Source of the DNA: Vicugna vicugna
Lineage: Eukaryota
Length of the DNA: 64,000 nt
Direction of reading: 5' to 3'
Assembly: GCA_013265495.1 (NCBI GenBank)
Contig: MU057984.1
Span: 124,001 to 188,000 of the forward strand
Part shown: positions 26,825-40,951 of the stretch, piece after piece
How positions within the stretch are numbered: the stretch's first letter is position 1
Layout: every line of letters begins with the position of its first letter
Program-made: the position numbers and the translations under genes
Notes under the pieces: generated by a model
Seen by the model: only the letters and a program-made list of their open reading frames with translations
Told to the model about the DNA's origin: nothing
Database searches by the model: none

Positions 26825-27939
26825 CTGGGATTTTCTGTTCAATACAAAACACCATGAGAAAAAATTTTCAACAATTGCTTCACATAAAAGAAATATATTT
26901 TCTGTGAACACTTACAAAGCCTCACAAAATGACTTAAATTGAAGCTTTTAAAAGTTAAATTGCAATTAAGACCACAGTTTACACAATAACATATGATCGA
27001 TGGCAGTTGAGAATTAACAAAGAGAGTAAAGATAGCTCTTCTAGGCACTTGGCTATGAAGGAGAGTGGAGACACAGGGCAGGAGCTGAAGCAGAGGAATG
27101 GTTACCTTTGTTGGCTTGCTTAGGGTAGAAATGACTCAAACATGGAACTGTGTGGTTGCAATATATATCAGATTGGACAGAGATATCACAATCTTCTTAT
27201 ATAAAAATGTCAGAACAGTTCTAGGAACTCTTGCCCTCTTTAGATAGGACTATAAAATTATTCAACCATTTGGGGAAGAATTAGATACTATCTTACCAAG
27301 TTTGAAAGCTGCACATGCTAAACCAGCTAATTCACTATCAGTAATTTCCCTCAGAGATACGCCTCAAAGATTTTAAGAAGTGATGTTTATAAAGATGCCC
27401 ACTGAAGCATTATTTATACTATCAAAAAACTAGTACCAAAATTTTAAAAATATTCCTTCAGTAGACTGCTTCAAACAATAAAGTGTATTGCATTGAAAGA
27501 ATGAAATATCATGCAATATAATGAAGCCCATGATGACTGATACACCATCTTAAACTTATACCCCAAAATTCAAATTCTAAAGCTATACCTCTCTCACTCT
27601 CCTGTCTTAGTAAATGAAACCATATTCCTCTTAGCGCTATTTCAAAAGCACTATTTCAATAACTGGTCTTCCCACTTCTACTCTTAACCATCTCACAAGG
27701 AGAGGAATTCCACCATTTTGAGTGATTTGTTTTATTTTAGTTTTTATTATTTAACTCTATATCTTCATTTGAACCACCCCAAAGTCATGTGGAGCAAGGA
27801 ATTGCAGAAGTAAGTGAATATGTACATATATGCAAAAAAACAATTGTTAAACTACATCAGATTATCACACAGCACTTACAGAATTTTATGAATGATGTAC
27901 ATGAGTTGTCCTAAATCGGTCCCTCAAATATTTATCCTT

Positions 27940-28440
27940 TACTCATCTCCAACTGTTTCTAACATAAAAGACAAATTCATAGCCTTATGACCCTATTTGA
28001 TCAGATCCTGGTCAAATTCTCCAACTGGTTACTTTCTCTTTTGCTCACTATGTTAGACAAACATTGGCCTCCTTAACCATTCACTGTTCTCATTGTTCAT
28101 ATCAAATGCTTTCCAGTATCATGACCTCTACATTTATAATCTCCTCTGTCTCAAATACCCTTCCAAGCTCTTCCTATCTGTAAGGTCTTTCTTCAGACAT
28201 CACCTCTTCATGGAAGCCTGTCTACCTTATCTGATATACACCCTTCATAGCTTTCTATTTCCCCTTATTTTTTTCTCAGGACAATCTGAGATGTTACTGT
28301 TTACCATTTAATTCTCTCTTATCCATCACTCTCACTAGACTATCTATTCCAAAAGTGCAGGGATTTTGCCTCTTTTGTAGATGCGAAAAGATTTCTGAAT
28401 AAGTGAATGAATACGATCAAATAAACAATGCTGAGTAATT
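27940..28440 (+). mobile_element. L2 remnant (3' part)
   Basis: 'catcacctcttcatggaagcctgtct...cactagactatctattccaaaagtgcagggattttgcct...gaataagtgaatgaa'. Confidence 0.6.
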
Positions 28441-30480
28441 TCATTCAGCAGCCAATTCTCTGAGTTAGTGGGAAGCCACCAAGTCAAATTTTTTGGCCCA
28501 AAGTGAGGAAGACCACTCAGTTTCAGGGATGACACAGTGAACTATTTTATGGTCAATACTGTGGATTCCTAACAATGTACATATATGTTATTTCCTATGG
28601 CAAGTTTTCTATCCCAAATCGTATGAAATAGGACTTTGGGTTCTCAGTCTGTTCGTTCATCTCTTGAACAGGGGAACAGTTCTAGGAAAAAGTCGAGCTA
28701 AGATAATTCTTATTTCTCAGGATACCCTAATATAAATGATATCTACCATTTCTCTATTTAAAAAATGTTCAGACCTGTGCTAAATTAGAATCATGAAACT
28801 GATTCATGATAATATTAACTACTGATTTTTTTATGTTTTGGTATTAGACCCTTAATTTTTATTGAAAGAAAAAGTAAAACCTTTAGGAATAGTATTTCTG
28901 TTTTTATTATTGTATTTTTTGTAAAGGCACTGTTTAGGGTCCTGAGCATTATTTTTATAATGTCAGTGCTCTCCTGTGAAAGGCTGAATATGAAAAATTA
29001 CCTTGTATTTACTATTATGAAACAATGTTATATTTTCTTTTACAAAAACATGAACACTTTGCTGTCCTTTTTACCTTATCAACTAGGAATAGAATAATTA
29101 AATTAATACTTAGTTTAATTATCTAGGTAAAGCATGGTTTAGGTATAATTATTTTCTTGTTCTTTTTCATAATTTAGAGCTATTGGTTTTATTTTGTGTT
29201 TTTTTTTGCCATTTAATGTTGCGTCTTGCAGTGGACCACCTGAAATATATATGGAAAAAGGAATGACAAAAGCAAATGATATACATATGTGCACAAAATA
29301 GAATTATTAAACTACCTAACATCAGAACATCAGAAAACACTCACAAAAAATTTTAAGTCGTGAATACAAGTGGTCCTAAATCAGTTTCTCAAATATTCAC
29401 CAAGAAGCTCTAAATCAACAAAACGCTGAATGAATATAATTTCACATTGGTTCTGCTCATATTCACTAATGATAACATTTTCCCCTTCTGGTTGTTGCTG
29501 GTAATTTCCATATCACTAAATCAATATAATATGAAGCTAAATGTGAAAAAATGCTAACAAACACATAAAACTATGAAAATGAAAGAGAAGATAAAACAGG
29601 GTAATGTCAATGTTTACAGTATACTTTCTGCTTGCAGCCTGACTTTATTACTGCTTCCTGAAGATGACTCTGGTATCTCTTAGTTATTGGACTATATATT
29701 CAAAGCCACTTTTAAAACACACATGGCTTCATCAAATACACAGTTAAATTACAGAAAAGGTTAAAATCACAAGTAATACTTTCAAGTGTTTTTTCAATGC
29801 CAGGCTGTATTTTGTACTTTGTGCATACTGTGGTTCTGATCAGTATCTCTGCGTTAAGACATAAAGTCCTATTTCAGATGCGACCTATCATACAGTATAT
29901 GTAGATGTTAAGAATTAGTTGCCTAAAGAATGAATATTAAGACACTGGATGAGATTTCCCAGAGGACAGAAATTCAAAGCTTTCACACTATTCTCACAGA
30001 TTCTACTGTGATCCTCTTATACGTTACTAAAGAATGTGCAGTGTTATGGTTTGAGGTGGTAAAAGGGTAATGACAGCAATTAAAAAGAAGAACATAGTTT
30101 AGGCATTTTCATCATCTGAACTGGTTCTGAGAAGTAGTATCTTGAGATATCATGTTGCCAATGTAAAGCACCATATCGGTAATTTAAAAAATTATTTTCA
30201 AAGTTGACTGCCCCTGTTTGCTAATATCATATCACAATGACCTCAGAGAGGTCACAATTCTTGAAGGATATCTTAGATTTCTGATAATTTGGAATTTTTT
30301 CCATCAGAATACTTTCCCTGGCTTGATAGCTAGAAATAATCTAGCCTGAAATATTTACCTCCACAGCATCAAAGAAGGAATGCAATCCAAATTCAGAAAG
30401 ATGGAAAGAAAAACTAACATTATTTAGTGTAAAAGAGTAATAACATTGTTTAAAGAAAACAGGTATAAAAGCAGGTTTAC

Positions 30481-30652
30481 GTCAATGGTTTCTTTGGTGC
30501 GAATATCAAACTGAAGACCAATGTTATCCTTTCATTCTTCATATCATAAGATTTTTTCATCAAATATAAAGCCACACAGGATTCCAAGTTAGCCTTCACA
30601 GCTTCAGATTCAAACTGAATTTCATATTCAAATTCACGTTTCTTAGATGTAT
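30481..30652 (-). CDS. CFAP47: CFAP47 internal exon (172 nt, phase 1 to 2): (D)TSKKREFEYEIQFESEAVKANLESCVALYLMKKSYDMKNERITLVFSLIFAPKKPL(T)
   Basis: Acceptor tgattttcctag|AT ACA and donor TTG AC|gtaaac. EFEYEIQFESEA and LESCVALY match recalled CFAP47/CXorf30. Confidence 0.9.
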
Positions 30653-30840
30653 CTAGGAAAATCAAAATGAAAATACATTTTAATTTAAATATGAATAGAT
30701 TGAAAACCAATCATATCTCAACAGTAATGCACGGGTATTTAAAGGGAGGGAGAGGGTATATGTTATCTAGCCTTGTGTTCATAATACCTAGCACATTATC
30801 AGGTAAACAACAGTGCTCTCAGTATGTTTCTATTAAAAGG

Positions 30841-30920
30841 TAAATAAATAAATGAAGGAATATTAAAAAAATGTACCCAAGGTAAATAAATAAATGAAGG
30901 ATTATTTTAAAAATGTACCC
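30841..30920 (+). repeat. Two-copy tandem duplication, period 42 bp
   Basis: taaataaataaatgaaggaatattaaaaaaatgtaccc (30841-30878) vs taaataaataaatgaaggattattttaaaaatgtaccc (30883-30920). Confidence 0.9.
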
Positions 30921-32994
30921 ACCATCCTTAAATCCTTAAAATTCTGATTTATGAAATAAGAAATAGTCAAATGGAAACTAATAATCAATATTTGCTATAA
31001 AAAACAAATAATATGATGTGCTCTATATAATAAATGCATTAAAAGCCTATAGACTTGTAATTTATAAAGAACAATTTGATTTAAGTTTAAACAATATTAA
31101 AACAGCATCCCAATCTATTAGGGATTTTAAAGCTCTGGAATATTTTAGTAAAAGAGAGTTTTCCATGTTTCAGTCTTGGGGACAGACAATATGATTAACC
31201 ATATTTTCTTAACCAGTAGGCTACCAGAGGGAAGTTACAGCAGGGTTTTGTTAGGTGCATGTGAAAAATATCTTTAATTCAAGATTGGCATATGGAAGAG
31301 AAGCACAAACATCTGCTATATTTATTCTCCATGTATACGAAAGGAGCCCAGGTCACGAATCAAGAACTTCGTTGTCTATAGATCATGGAAGAGAGGTCTA
31401 GAGAACTGTGACTTGACCTGGTCCACAGGTGAGCTGATTTCTAAAGTCTGTCTATAGCATGTAAAGTTAAAAGTTATCCTTGGATTCACACAACTGATGG
31501 CCACTTTTCTCTAAGCAATCATAACAGAAATCGGATCACTTTTCAGAAGTAACTGATTATATTTTCTGTGATACAACTCTGAAAAATAGCTTGGCTATAA
31601 CAAACCCAAGTCACAGTAAATGATTACTCAGTAAACTTTATTAATGTAAGATAACCAACTGACTCACACCATTGCAGGATCTCTTTTTTTCTGTTTCCAC
31701 ATGTAAAAATATATCTCTGACCTCCTGAATTGCTAATTTTCATCCTGTTGACAAAATCGGCAATTGTTCCTAACAATAACCATTCTGTGTTGTAGCAAAA
31801 TCAGAGTGTCTACATTTAACGTGTCTGTTTGTTCTCAGAATGGAATATGGAAATGCTCCATAGGAAGCCATAATCCATACACAGAAACAGCATTTCAGAC
31901 TTTGAGTGTTTAATGGGAGATGGAATTTCCACTGCATTCAAATAACATTATATTTTCTCAAAGCAAATACTGTACGTAGTTGAGATGTACATCTGTTTCT
32001 GCTTAATTATTGAAGCCTTTATGGGAATGGCTGTGTTAGAATGAAGATAGGAAATGACAAGCTAAATTTAGTTTCAGAAGCACTGAACCCCCTGTGGGTA
32101 ATCTGTCACTATGGATGTCATAATTCCAATCATAAGAAGATCCACTGGTACAAAATACAGGAGTGATTAACAGCAAGGGGTGGGAGGAAGCAAGTAGGAA
32201 CCACATTAGTATTTTTTCTAACTATATATATCTCCCTTGTCTGTAATGTGAATATATTGATATGAGTACCTAAGGGACAGGGACAAAAATCAGGTTACAC
32301 AAAATCGTAAAAAACTGACATTCTGTATTGTGTCTTAGAGCTAACCTATTGGAGTCTCTGCATTTATTTCAGAAGTCATATTATCAAGTTAAAAACATGC
32401 CTTTTGCTATGTTCCCAACTTGGAGCAAATCTGTATAGTATTTTTATGTGGATTGGGTTGACAAGAGCTAAGTCAGTGGGGCCAGCGTAAATTATCATCT
32501 GAGTTTTGGATAAAATTAACCACTCATGACAAACAGCTCCTAACTTTGAGAGAATAACTGCACATTTCTAAAAAAATAATAATAAATGCAGTTTCTCCTA
32601 ATACAGATTACAATTTCAAACTTATGAGTCAACAGTCCTTGGGACTATTGTAACAAATTGTTTTGATACAAAAAAATATTGTCCTTTTTTACTCATAAAA
32701 TTAATAGGAGAGATATATATTTAATTTCAATTGTGTTTTAACAGGTATGTAAAGATTTACTAATTTCTTTTTTTTTCTGTCTTATAATACATAGGCTTGT
32801 CATAAGCACTTGCAATTTTCAGTTGTCTCCCATTCTCTGAAGACTTTCGTGAACTGTTCACTAGGACTGTAGCTTTTGCCCCAATAAAACTTCCTAGCTA
32901 TGGCTAAATTCATGAATATGAGGCAGATAAGTTTGTTTCCTCAGCCAACATCTAAACATACTTTAAAGACATAACATTTTGCTTATCATTTATA

Positions 32995-33620
32995 TTTTCA
33001 TTTCTTTATTCAATCAATGAATAATAATTGAAAGCTTTCCTTGAAATGACAAGTAAAGTTCTTGTCCTCACGGAGATTATGATTAGGAGGAAAGAAGTGC
33101 CAATAAACTATCAATGATACCACTAGTTTTGAAATGACCACTATGATAACAGCTACTATAGAGAAGTGAAGGAAGCTATGAGAGCATAGGTCCTGGGAGC
33201 CTGACTGTTAAGGTCCTGAGGAGCAGACCAATACATCAAAGTTGAAAGGTGAGAAGGGTTACCTGGATGTAGAGAGAAAGAAAATGCCTCCTAGGCATTA
33301 GAGTGGCATGGAGAAATTTTCCATGGTGGAAACCAACTCAACCCATTTGAGAAAGAACTTAAGCAGATGGAACAAAGGGAGTGGGAAGAACTTGTCAAGA
33401 GATGAAACAGACAAAGTAGGCAAGACCGTGCAGGGCATGTTGAAGACTTGAGACTTGTAAGAATAACAAGAACCTAATGAATGTTTGAAATATGGAAGTA
33501 ATGTGCTCTTTTAATGGTAAACTGAGCAAAAGGAGATTAGGGGAGAAGTTAATGAAGTTTCTGCAGTAGTTCAAGACCAGGCAGTGATCTGCACAAGGAT
33601 GAGAGAAACATGCAGATTAA
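32995..33620 (-). mobile_element. L2 remnant
   Basis: 'tttattcaatcaa...cttgtcctcacggagatt', followed by purine-rich L2-like sequence. Confidence 0.5.
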
Positions 33621-34984
33621 GACCAAGTAATGCCCTGTGATGTGTGAAGCAGAACCTATATAAGCAGTCATGACAGATAACTAGAATCATGAGCTTATCA
33701 CTTCAGTACTGTGTTCATGCCCTTAACATACATACAAAATATTTAATCAAACAGGTTTCAGAGAATTGTAGAGTACAATATATCTGTATCTATCTGCCTG
33801 CCTATCTATCATCTATTGTCTCGTTAAATAATAATGGTAATAATCATTTGAGTATGGCAGCAAAGTCACTATATTGAATAAATGGAGCATGTCTCCCACC
33901 CAAACATGATCCCTGAAGAATTATCATTCAACGAAATGCCTGTATCGTGTCAACAAATCATGATGTGGGAGCTGTGTTGGCCAAGGGTGCCTGTTTTTCT
34001 CAGGGCAGATTTTCTCAGGACAATGACTGAATTTTACTCAATGTGGAAGACATTAGTAATTTTTAAAAAGAGAACCTTTGCCTAAACATGATAAATAATC
34101 AAAAAGCATTGGACTGTAATCAATCTATTTACCAAATATCTTTGAAATTAGGTATTTTATATCAGGTACATTTTAATCTGTAAGAATTATATTCCAGAGT
34201 AATCCCAACGAAAATGTCTCAATTATAGAGAAATGAATATCAAAGTATAATAAACACTGTTACTCATGTTCTTTCCCTAAATTTCTGTAGCTGTCTCGTC
34301 ATTAATAATAGGCATATACAGTTGTTTGACAGAACATAATCATCACACAAGGAATGAATGAGTACTGAAGACAAACTTGAAACTTGATGAAGACAGCGAG
34401 GACTTCAAAGAAAATAGATACTGGGTAAATGGCCTAAAGCTATTTTCTTTGAACCGATAATGAAGAATGTACCATCTGCACACTCTTATTATTTTAAAAA
34501 AAATTGTGCATCTTTTTGAAGGGGTAGTTCATTGACATGTTTCACTTCACTTTTATAAGGTCATTTAATAGACCAAACATTTGATTAACTTAAAATAACT
34601 GCAAATTCTGACATGACTGCAAGTACAGTAAACTACAAAATGAAAATTAAAGGAAGAAAGCAGCCACAGAGCTGATACTCTTATTATACATTTTATTTTA
34701 AACAAATGACCAGAAATAAAAGATAAAGGAACTTCTTGTAACATAAATATTTTATCTGAGCTTTTAGCAATTAGCACTCAATTTCAGACTCTATCCAAGG
34801 TTTAGGTAATCATATTTTTGCACTTTCTTTTTGATAGAATATTCTTTTATGTTTTCATGAGAAAAACCCACTGAATGACACTGAAAGATCATGTTTCCAT
34901 TTCAAAATAGCATCCATTAGTGGCTGAAGATGATGGGCCCTCTCGTACATCACTGTCACAGAACACCCAACTAGAGCTTTAAAT

Positions 34985-35215
34985 GATAATAATGGTAATA
35001 TCTAACATTCATGGACCACTCACTAAGGACCAGGCACTCTGAAGGATTGTATTCATCCACACTTAATCTTGAAAAATACTGTATGAAATAGATACCATTA
35101 CTATCTCTGTATTGCAGTTGAAGAAACAAAGTTTATAGAGAAGTAAAGTAGTTTTCTCAAGGCCCTACAGAGACTAAATGGAAGAACCTATGTTGTCTGA
35201 CTTCGGATTTCACAA
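34985..35215 (-). mobile_element. MIR SINE
   Basis: 'ccaggcactctgaagg...taccattactatctctgtattgcagttgaagaaac...gttttctcaagg'. Confidence 0.7.
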
Positions 35216-38200
35216 CCTAGAATATCAGGCCTGTCAGGTGGCACAACAGCTGAGAAGATGCCATTAGTGTCATAATCCGGATGTGCAGAAAGTGTGCAAG
35301 GGAGTCTGGTGGCCCTCGGGGAAGAGTGCTGGATCACTTAAACATTTAGATCCTGGTCAGAGGAAGAGGAGCCAGAAACAGAGATGGAGAAGTGATAACC
35401 AGGGAGATGACAGATTAATAAGGCTAGTCATGGAAGTCAAGAGCATAAAGTACTTCAACTGCATCAACCAGTAAATGTTGCTGCTGAGTTGAATAAGCTC
35501 AGGACACAAATCTGACTGCAGGCTTAGGCATACTGGATAAGGCTGACAGTCTTGTCAAGGACAGTCTCATTACAGTAGTCTGGGCAGAAGCCTTGAAGGA
35601 GTGAGTTGAGCAGAGAAAGCAAAATGAAGAGAAGCAGAGGGAAGGATCAAGTCTAGAGGCCAATGTAGGGTCATGGGAAGACCAATGACAGGCTTCTCAG
35701 GACCTGTTTGTGGTTACAGACCAAAGCCAACATGGGAGTTCACATTAGACATGCGAACAACATGCAAGAAGGTGACTGGTGTTAGGTGAAATGGGACCAA
35801 TGTGACACAAAGATCAGCAAATCAGGCTCAAAAAAGACAACAGATTAATCAAAAGGAAAATAGCCTCAAGCTACAGAACACCTGGGGAATAAAAGGAAGA
35901 GGCAGCTTTAGTTAAATGACAAAAACACTCCTATAGATAGAGTCCCAAAGAGAAAGTCACTGAACTAATCCCTAGACAGAAACAAAGAATGCATGGACCC
36001 GGAGTTCCTTAGGAAGAATAAACACAGTTACAGGGGAAATTCTGCCCACAGAGTATAATTTGTAATCTTATAGAAGTTACACTTCAAAATACAGTCTAAA
36101 ATCCAAGTATAATAGTATCCCTGCAGGGCAATACCAATTGATTTAAATAAAATAGTACAGGTGCATAAATCCAACATGGTGGATAGATGTTCTGCGAATT
36201 CCTTGACAAGTCTGTGTCCCATTGATTTTGGCATCTCTGAGACTAAAGCATAACACCTGGCGGTAAAGATGGTCCCTAGATTGTTGTTGAATAAAAAAGA
36301 GATGAACGTGATCAATCCTCGTTAACTCAGTGGTGTGTGTGAGCAGTCAGAGTGGAAAGAGAGCAAAGAGGTCCTGGCATTTTCATTTAATGAGGTTTGA
36401 TAGTTTTATTGGACTCTCAGGGAAAGAAGATGATAAAGATAAAGGGAAGAGGGGAAGGGAGTGGTGGGGAGTCTTACCTCCTACTCATTACGCTTACATA
36501 GAGGGGCCTATTCGCTCACAAGAAAAGGAAAGTAGAGGAGGAAAAAAAAGTCTCAGCACCAATCTGCCTTCTCCATCATGACTTGCCATTCAAAGAAAAG
36601 CAACATATCTGATCAGTGAATTTGGGTGAAGAAATGAAGCATGAGCAGATTAGCAGGTCATTCCCTTTCTTTCCTGGTATCTTGATGCAGGATGCACACT
36701 TTCTCTTCCTCCTTCATGTGTAGGTTATTTATTCCTGTAGGGGGTCAACAACTGGCCAGTTGAGGGCAAATACACTAAATTTGGGTAGAAGGTATTAATA
36801 TGCCCAGATGAATCCACAATACTAAGTCATTTTCCAGTTCCCCTTTATAATAAAGGTAACTTTGAGCTCTATCTGCCTTATTTCTACATTCTACATTTCT
36901 ACTTCTCAGGTAGTTATAAACTCAGATGAGGGAATACAGGGTGTAATAAATGATCACACCTCAAAGTGTATCACAGTCCAAGCCACAGAGTGAAGTGCTT
37001 CAATTTCCATCATAAGGGATTTAAGAGACTATAGGAAGTACAAATGGCATAAACAACATGACTTTTGAATTATATTTAATGTGTTGAGTAAACTATAATG
37101 AAATGACACACATGGGTGGAAACAGCTGGTGTGCCTGTGCATAAAGACTAAAATAGTATTCAGGCTTGTGACCAGACTTGTTCCTTCATAAAGAAATAGG
37201 TGAGAGTGGAAGGGCGAGCAGGCAGACTTACAGAGAAGGCGGGCAGGCAAGCTGGTTACATCTCTGGAATAAGGGCAGTGAAAGGAATCCAGTTATTACC
37301 AGATGCTTTTAAGGAATTCAGACAAGAGAGAGGTCAACTGATTTATTGAATATTCAGAGAAAAGACATTAAGACAGACAAACATTAAAGTTGAGAGGAGA
37401 CTGAACAAATCTACTTCTGTAGAGCAAGACATGCTTCAGAACAGAAAGAAACCTTCACACATTAAAATGTCTTGAGCCAAAAAATAGATGAGCTTCTTAA
37501 GTTTGGTGGTATTGAGCAGAGAAAAAGTGATTTCAGAGGGAATGATGGGAAGAGGTAAGCCTGCAAACCTTCCAAATAGTTGTATTCAATATTAAGCATT
37601 ATTTTTTCAACATGAAAAGTAATGAAGCATTGAAATTTGAGCCATGTCAAAAGGTACTTTCAAGAGCTATTTGCAAGACGGTTCTAACATGCCATTCAAA
37701 TCTCTCAGAATGATGCTGACAGCTTCCTTATAGACTCTGCTCATCTAGTAGGAAATGAATTTTTTTCCAGGTAATAACGATTTAATCAATTTCTATGATC
37801 AGAACTGTAATTTCTTTAAACTTGCAACCTGACAAGAGTACAATTTAAGCAATTTAAAGTAGCAAGAACATGTTGAAATGATTCTTAAATACAAGCATTT
37901 CTTTAGCTTCCTTTACACTTAATGTCATAGAAGCATCAACATTTTGCCTTCAACAGTACAGATTTCAAATAAAAAAATCAAGGTTTGAACACTCACCTAC
38001 TAAAATTCACAGAAGCAAAGCAGGATGACACACACAAAACAGTGATTTCACTACAGAAAGGAACTGGACATTCACTGGGATATGGTTACCATAGGCTGGC
38101 TGCTTATTAGAATCGCGTTCTACTTTAATAAGAAAATACTTATATTTATCACTGGAAATTGGCAGTTCTGTTACACATTTGAACTCTGAAGTTAATCTAC

Positions 38201-39985
38201 ACTAATATTCTTATCTCTGATATGCACAATCAAAATTCCCTGTCAGTACTGGCTACTGGTTGAAGAAAAGAACACCGACAGAATTTCATTACTTAAAGAT
38301 TAGACTTCCTATCTTTGTCTAATGCTACTACATGATTCACTAAGGCAAAATCTGTATCCAAGTTATAATAATGTTTTTGAGATAAATGGAAATGGTTTGC
38401 ATCAGTCTGATTTCATTATTAACAGACAGTTCTTCGAAGTAAAGAATAAACAGGCTTTGTGATGGAAAATTCCCCTCTCCTCATATACATTTATTTCATT
38501 TTTTTATAAATTAAGCTCTCTGTGATTAAGTCAGCATTTTGCAATTATGAAACTAAAATTCAAAGAGAAAAAATAACTAATAAGTTAATATAATTAAAAA
38601 TTAAACATCTCACTGTGCAACCCAATAATAGTATACTATGTTCTGATATCACATACTTCATACTATCAATAATTAGCTGGTAAGTAAAAAGAACATAATT
38701 AGTGTGAACGACTTTGGTAATTCCAAAGAGTTTATGAAATACACTGGGTACATATAATATAGGTAATCATTTCATAAATCCTTTTCCAGGTTTTAAAATA
38801 TTGCCTTCCAAATCTTACAGTAAGAGTGTGTGTGGAAAATTATTCCGACATTTTCATAATTCATTTATGGAATATTATTTCCAGATTCTTTTTTATATTT
38901 ACTCTGTAGAATTCTTATTTGCAAATAACAGAACCTCTGAATGACCTTTTTGGGAAGCCACCACACTGTTGTGAAGTGAAAGGAAGGGTTGATGGATCAT
39001 GAATGAGCCACATGTATAAGTCAAAGAGTAAGGCAGAGAAGACAGGCCTGCAAAGTAAGGAGACAAGCAGGTCTGCAGAGAAAAGCAGAGGAAAAGAAAT
39101 ACTCCCCACTCCATACTGCAGCTTCAGTAAATGAAGATAAACAGACTTTCTGTGTTGACTACAAAAGATGTGAGGGAGGCAGGGAAGACTTGCAAGGCCA
39201 ATCTCCATCAGATGCCCACTGTGGCCAGAGGGACAGCATACGATTGAAGTATGAGAAGAATCACGTGGCTAGTGGAGGCTGTTTCCATAAGAAAGGAGTG
39301 GAAGTTGGCAAGATGGGCAGAACAGACTATCTCCTAGATATAGACCACACTGCAGAAGTGTAGGGTAAATGTATGAAAATAGCATGCAATCCCACTTGGC
39401 TGAGTAACAGGTTAATGACCCAGAGAAATAAGAGGCTGGGATGACAGTAGGGGACAAATGGTGAACATAATTCTGGATTATTTGATATAGACTGAATCAC
39501 ATAAACATTTTTTGTAGGTAAGAAATGATCAAATACCAGTGATTTCACATGAAATAGATATTTTTATGGGTGAAAAATAGATAGACTATTGGTAATTTTA
39601 TATGTTTCAAAGTAATACATATACATCTTTTGATGCAGGTACCGGGGACTGAACTGAGTTGAGGGGTTGCTATCCCTATTGAGGAGTTTCTTGAATTGCA
39701 TAAAATGAGCATTTATTACTTAACAGGAATAGCCACTACTATAAAAAAGAATAAAAACTATTTTACTAACTCTTGCATATCCTCTCTATACTTTTGTATA
39801 TACTCTCTGTCCCTCTCTTCAGTGATATCTCACTTACATTCTCTTTTGACTAAAATAATTGGATCAGAAACAGAGATGATATTACTGAGATCAAAATAAA
39901 AACTATAGATATAAATGAGAAAACCAGAGAACATATTTTGTTTCTGTAAGGAATTTCATACTTAATTTTGTGGTTAATTTGCTTT

Positions 39986-40118
39986 GCTTTTGTGTTTTCT
40001 TTTGGGGGGAGGTAGTTAAATTTATTTATTTATTTCTTTAATGGAGGTACTGGGGATTGAACTCAAGACCTCATGCATGTTAAGCATACGATCTACCACT
40101 GAGCTATAACCCCTCCCC
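39986..40118 (-). mobile_element. tRNA-derived (camelid-type) SINE, full length
   Basis: Ends 'ctaccactgagctataacccctcccc'. TSD aatttgcttt at 39976-39985 and 40119-40128. Confidence 0.92.
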
Positions 40119-40798
40119 AATTTGCTTTTTAAATAATACATAGACGCAGATTTCTCCCCTTGATTTTAATAAAACACTGCCATGGGAATTTTCCTTTCAG
40201 TGTTAAATAGGAGCATTCTCCTTTAGCTCATTTAGAAGATAGATGAAAAATAAAGTTTGCATCACTGGGATTTGATTTTGCTAGATCATCATATTAACTT
40301 TTAAAAACTTCTTGTTTAAGACTCTAAATGTCAGAGGGATTATCATATAAAATATATTCGGGTATTACATTGTAAGTTGTGTTAAATTTTCTATTTCTTT
40401 AAATAAGAAACACTTTATTCAAGGCTGTATTTCTAAATTTAAACATGGCTTCAATCACATTCCTTAAAACAGGAAAAGAGAGTAAAGGAAGAAATTACAG
40501 GTGAAGGGAAATGAAAATTACAGTTACTACAGCGTTTTCTTTTCTTACTGATGACAAAAACCACAATCTAATTCTATAAATCAATTAATACCCATAATCA
40601 TTTTCATTTTGGAGAAAGCTACTATGTGAAGAGAACCAACATAACTGACTACTCCTTGGGCACTATTTTAATGATACTGTAAATGAAAAATAAATGGGCA
40701 AGGATTTGCTTGTAACTGAGTAGTCAGCAACCTACAATTTAAGGAAACGGAGTTTTTATTTATTATAATTTTTATACCCAAGACGGTAGTTCTCTTAC

Positions 40799-40951
40799 CA
40801 TCAGCATCTTCATAACGATTGTATGATTCTCTTTTCGGAATCACTATAAAGTCTCTCAGATCTAAGATAGGATTTTGTCCAGAAAAATCACCATCCACTG
40901 TGACTTCCACCTCTTCTTCTACCTGCTTCCTGGATTGACAGTTTATAACAA
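40799..40951 (-). CDS. CFAP47: CFAP47 internal exon (153 nt, phase 1 to 1): (V)VINCQSRKQVEEEVEVTVDGDFSGQNPILDLRDFIVIPKRESYNRYEDAD
   Basis: Acceptor tttctctcttgaag|TT GTT ATA and donor GAT G|gtaaga. Open frame, phases match neighbours. Confidence 0.88.
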
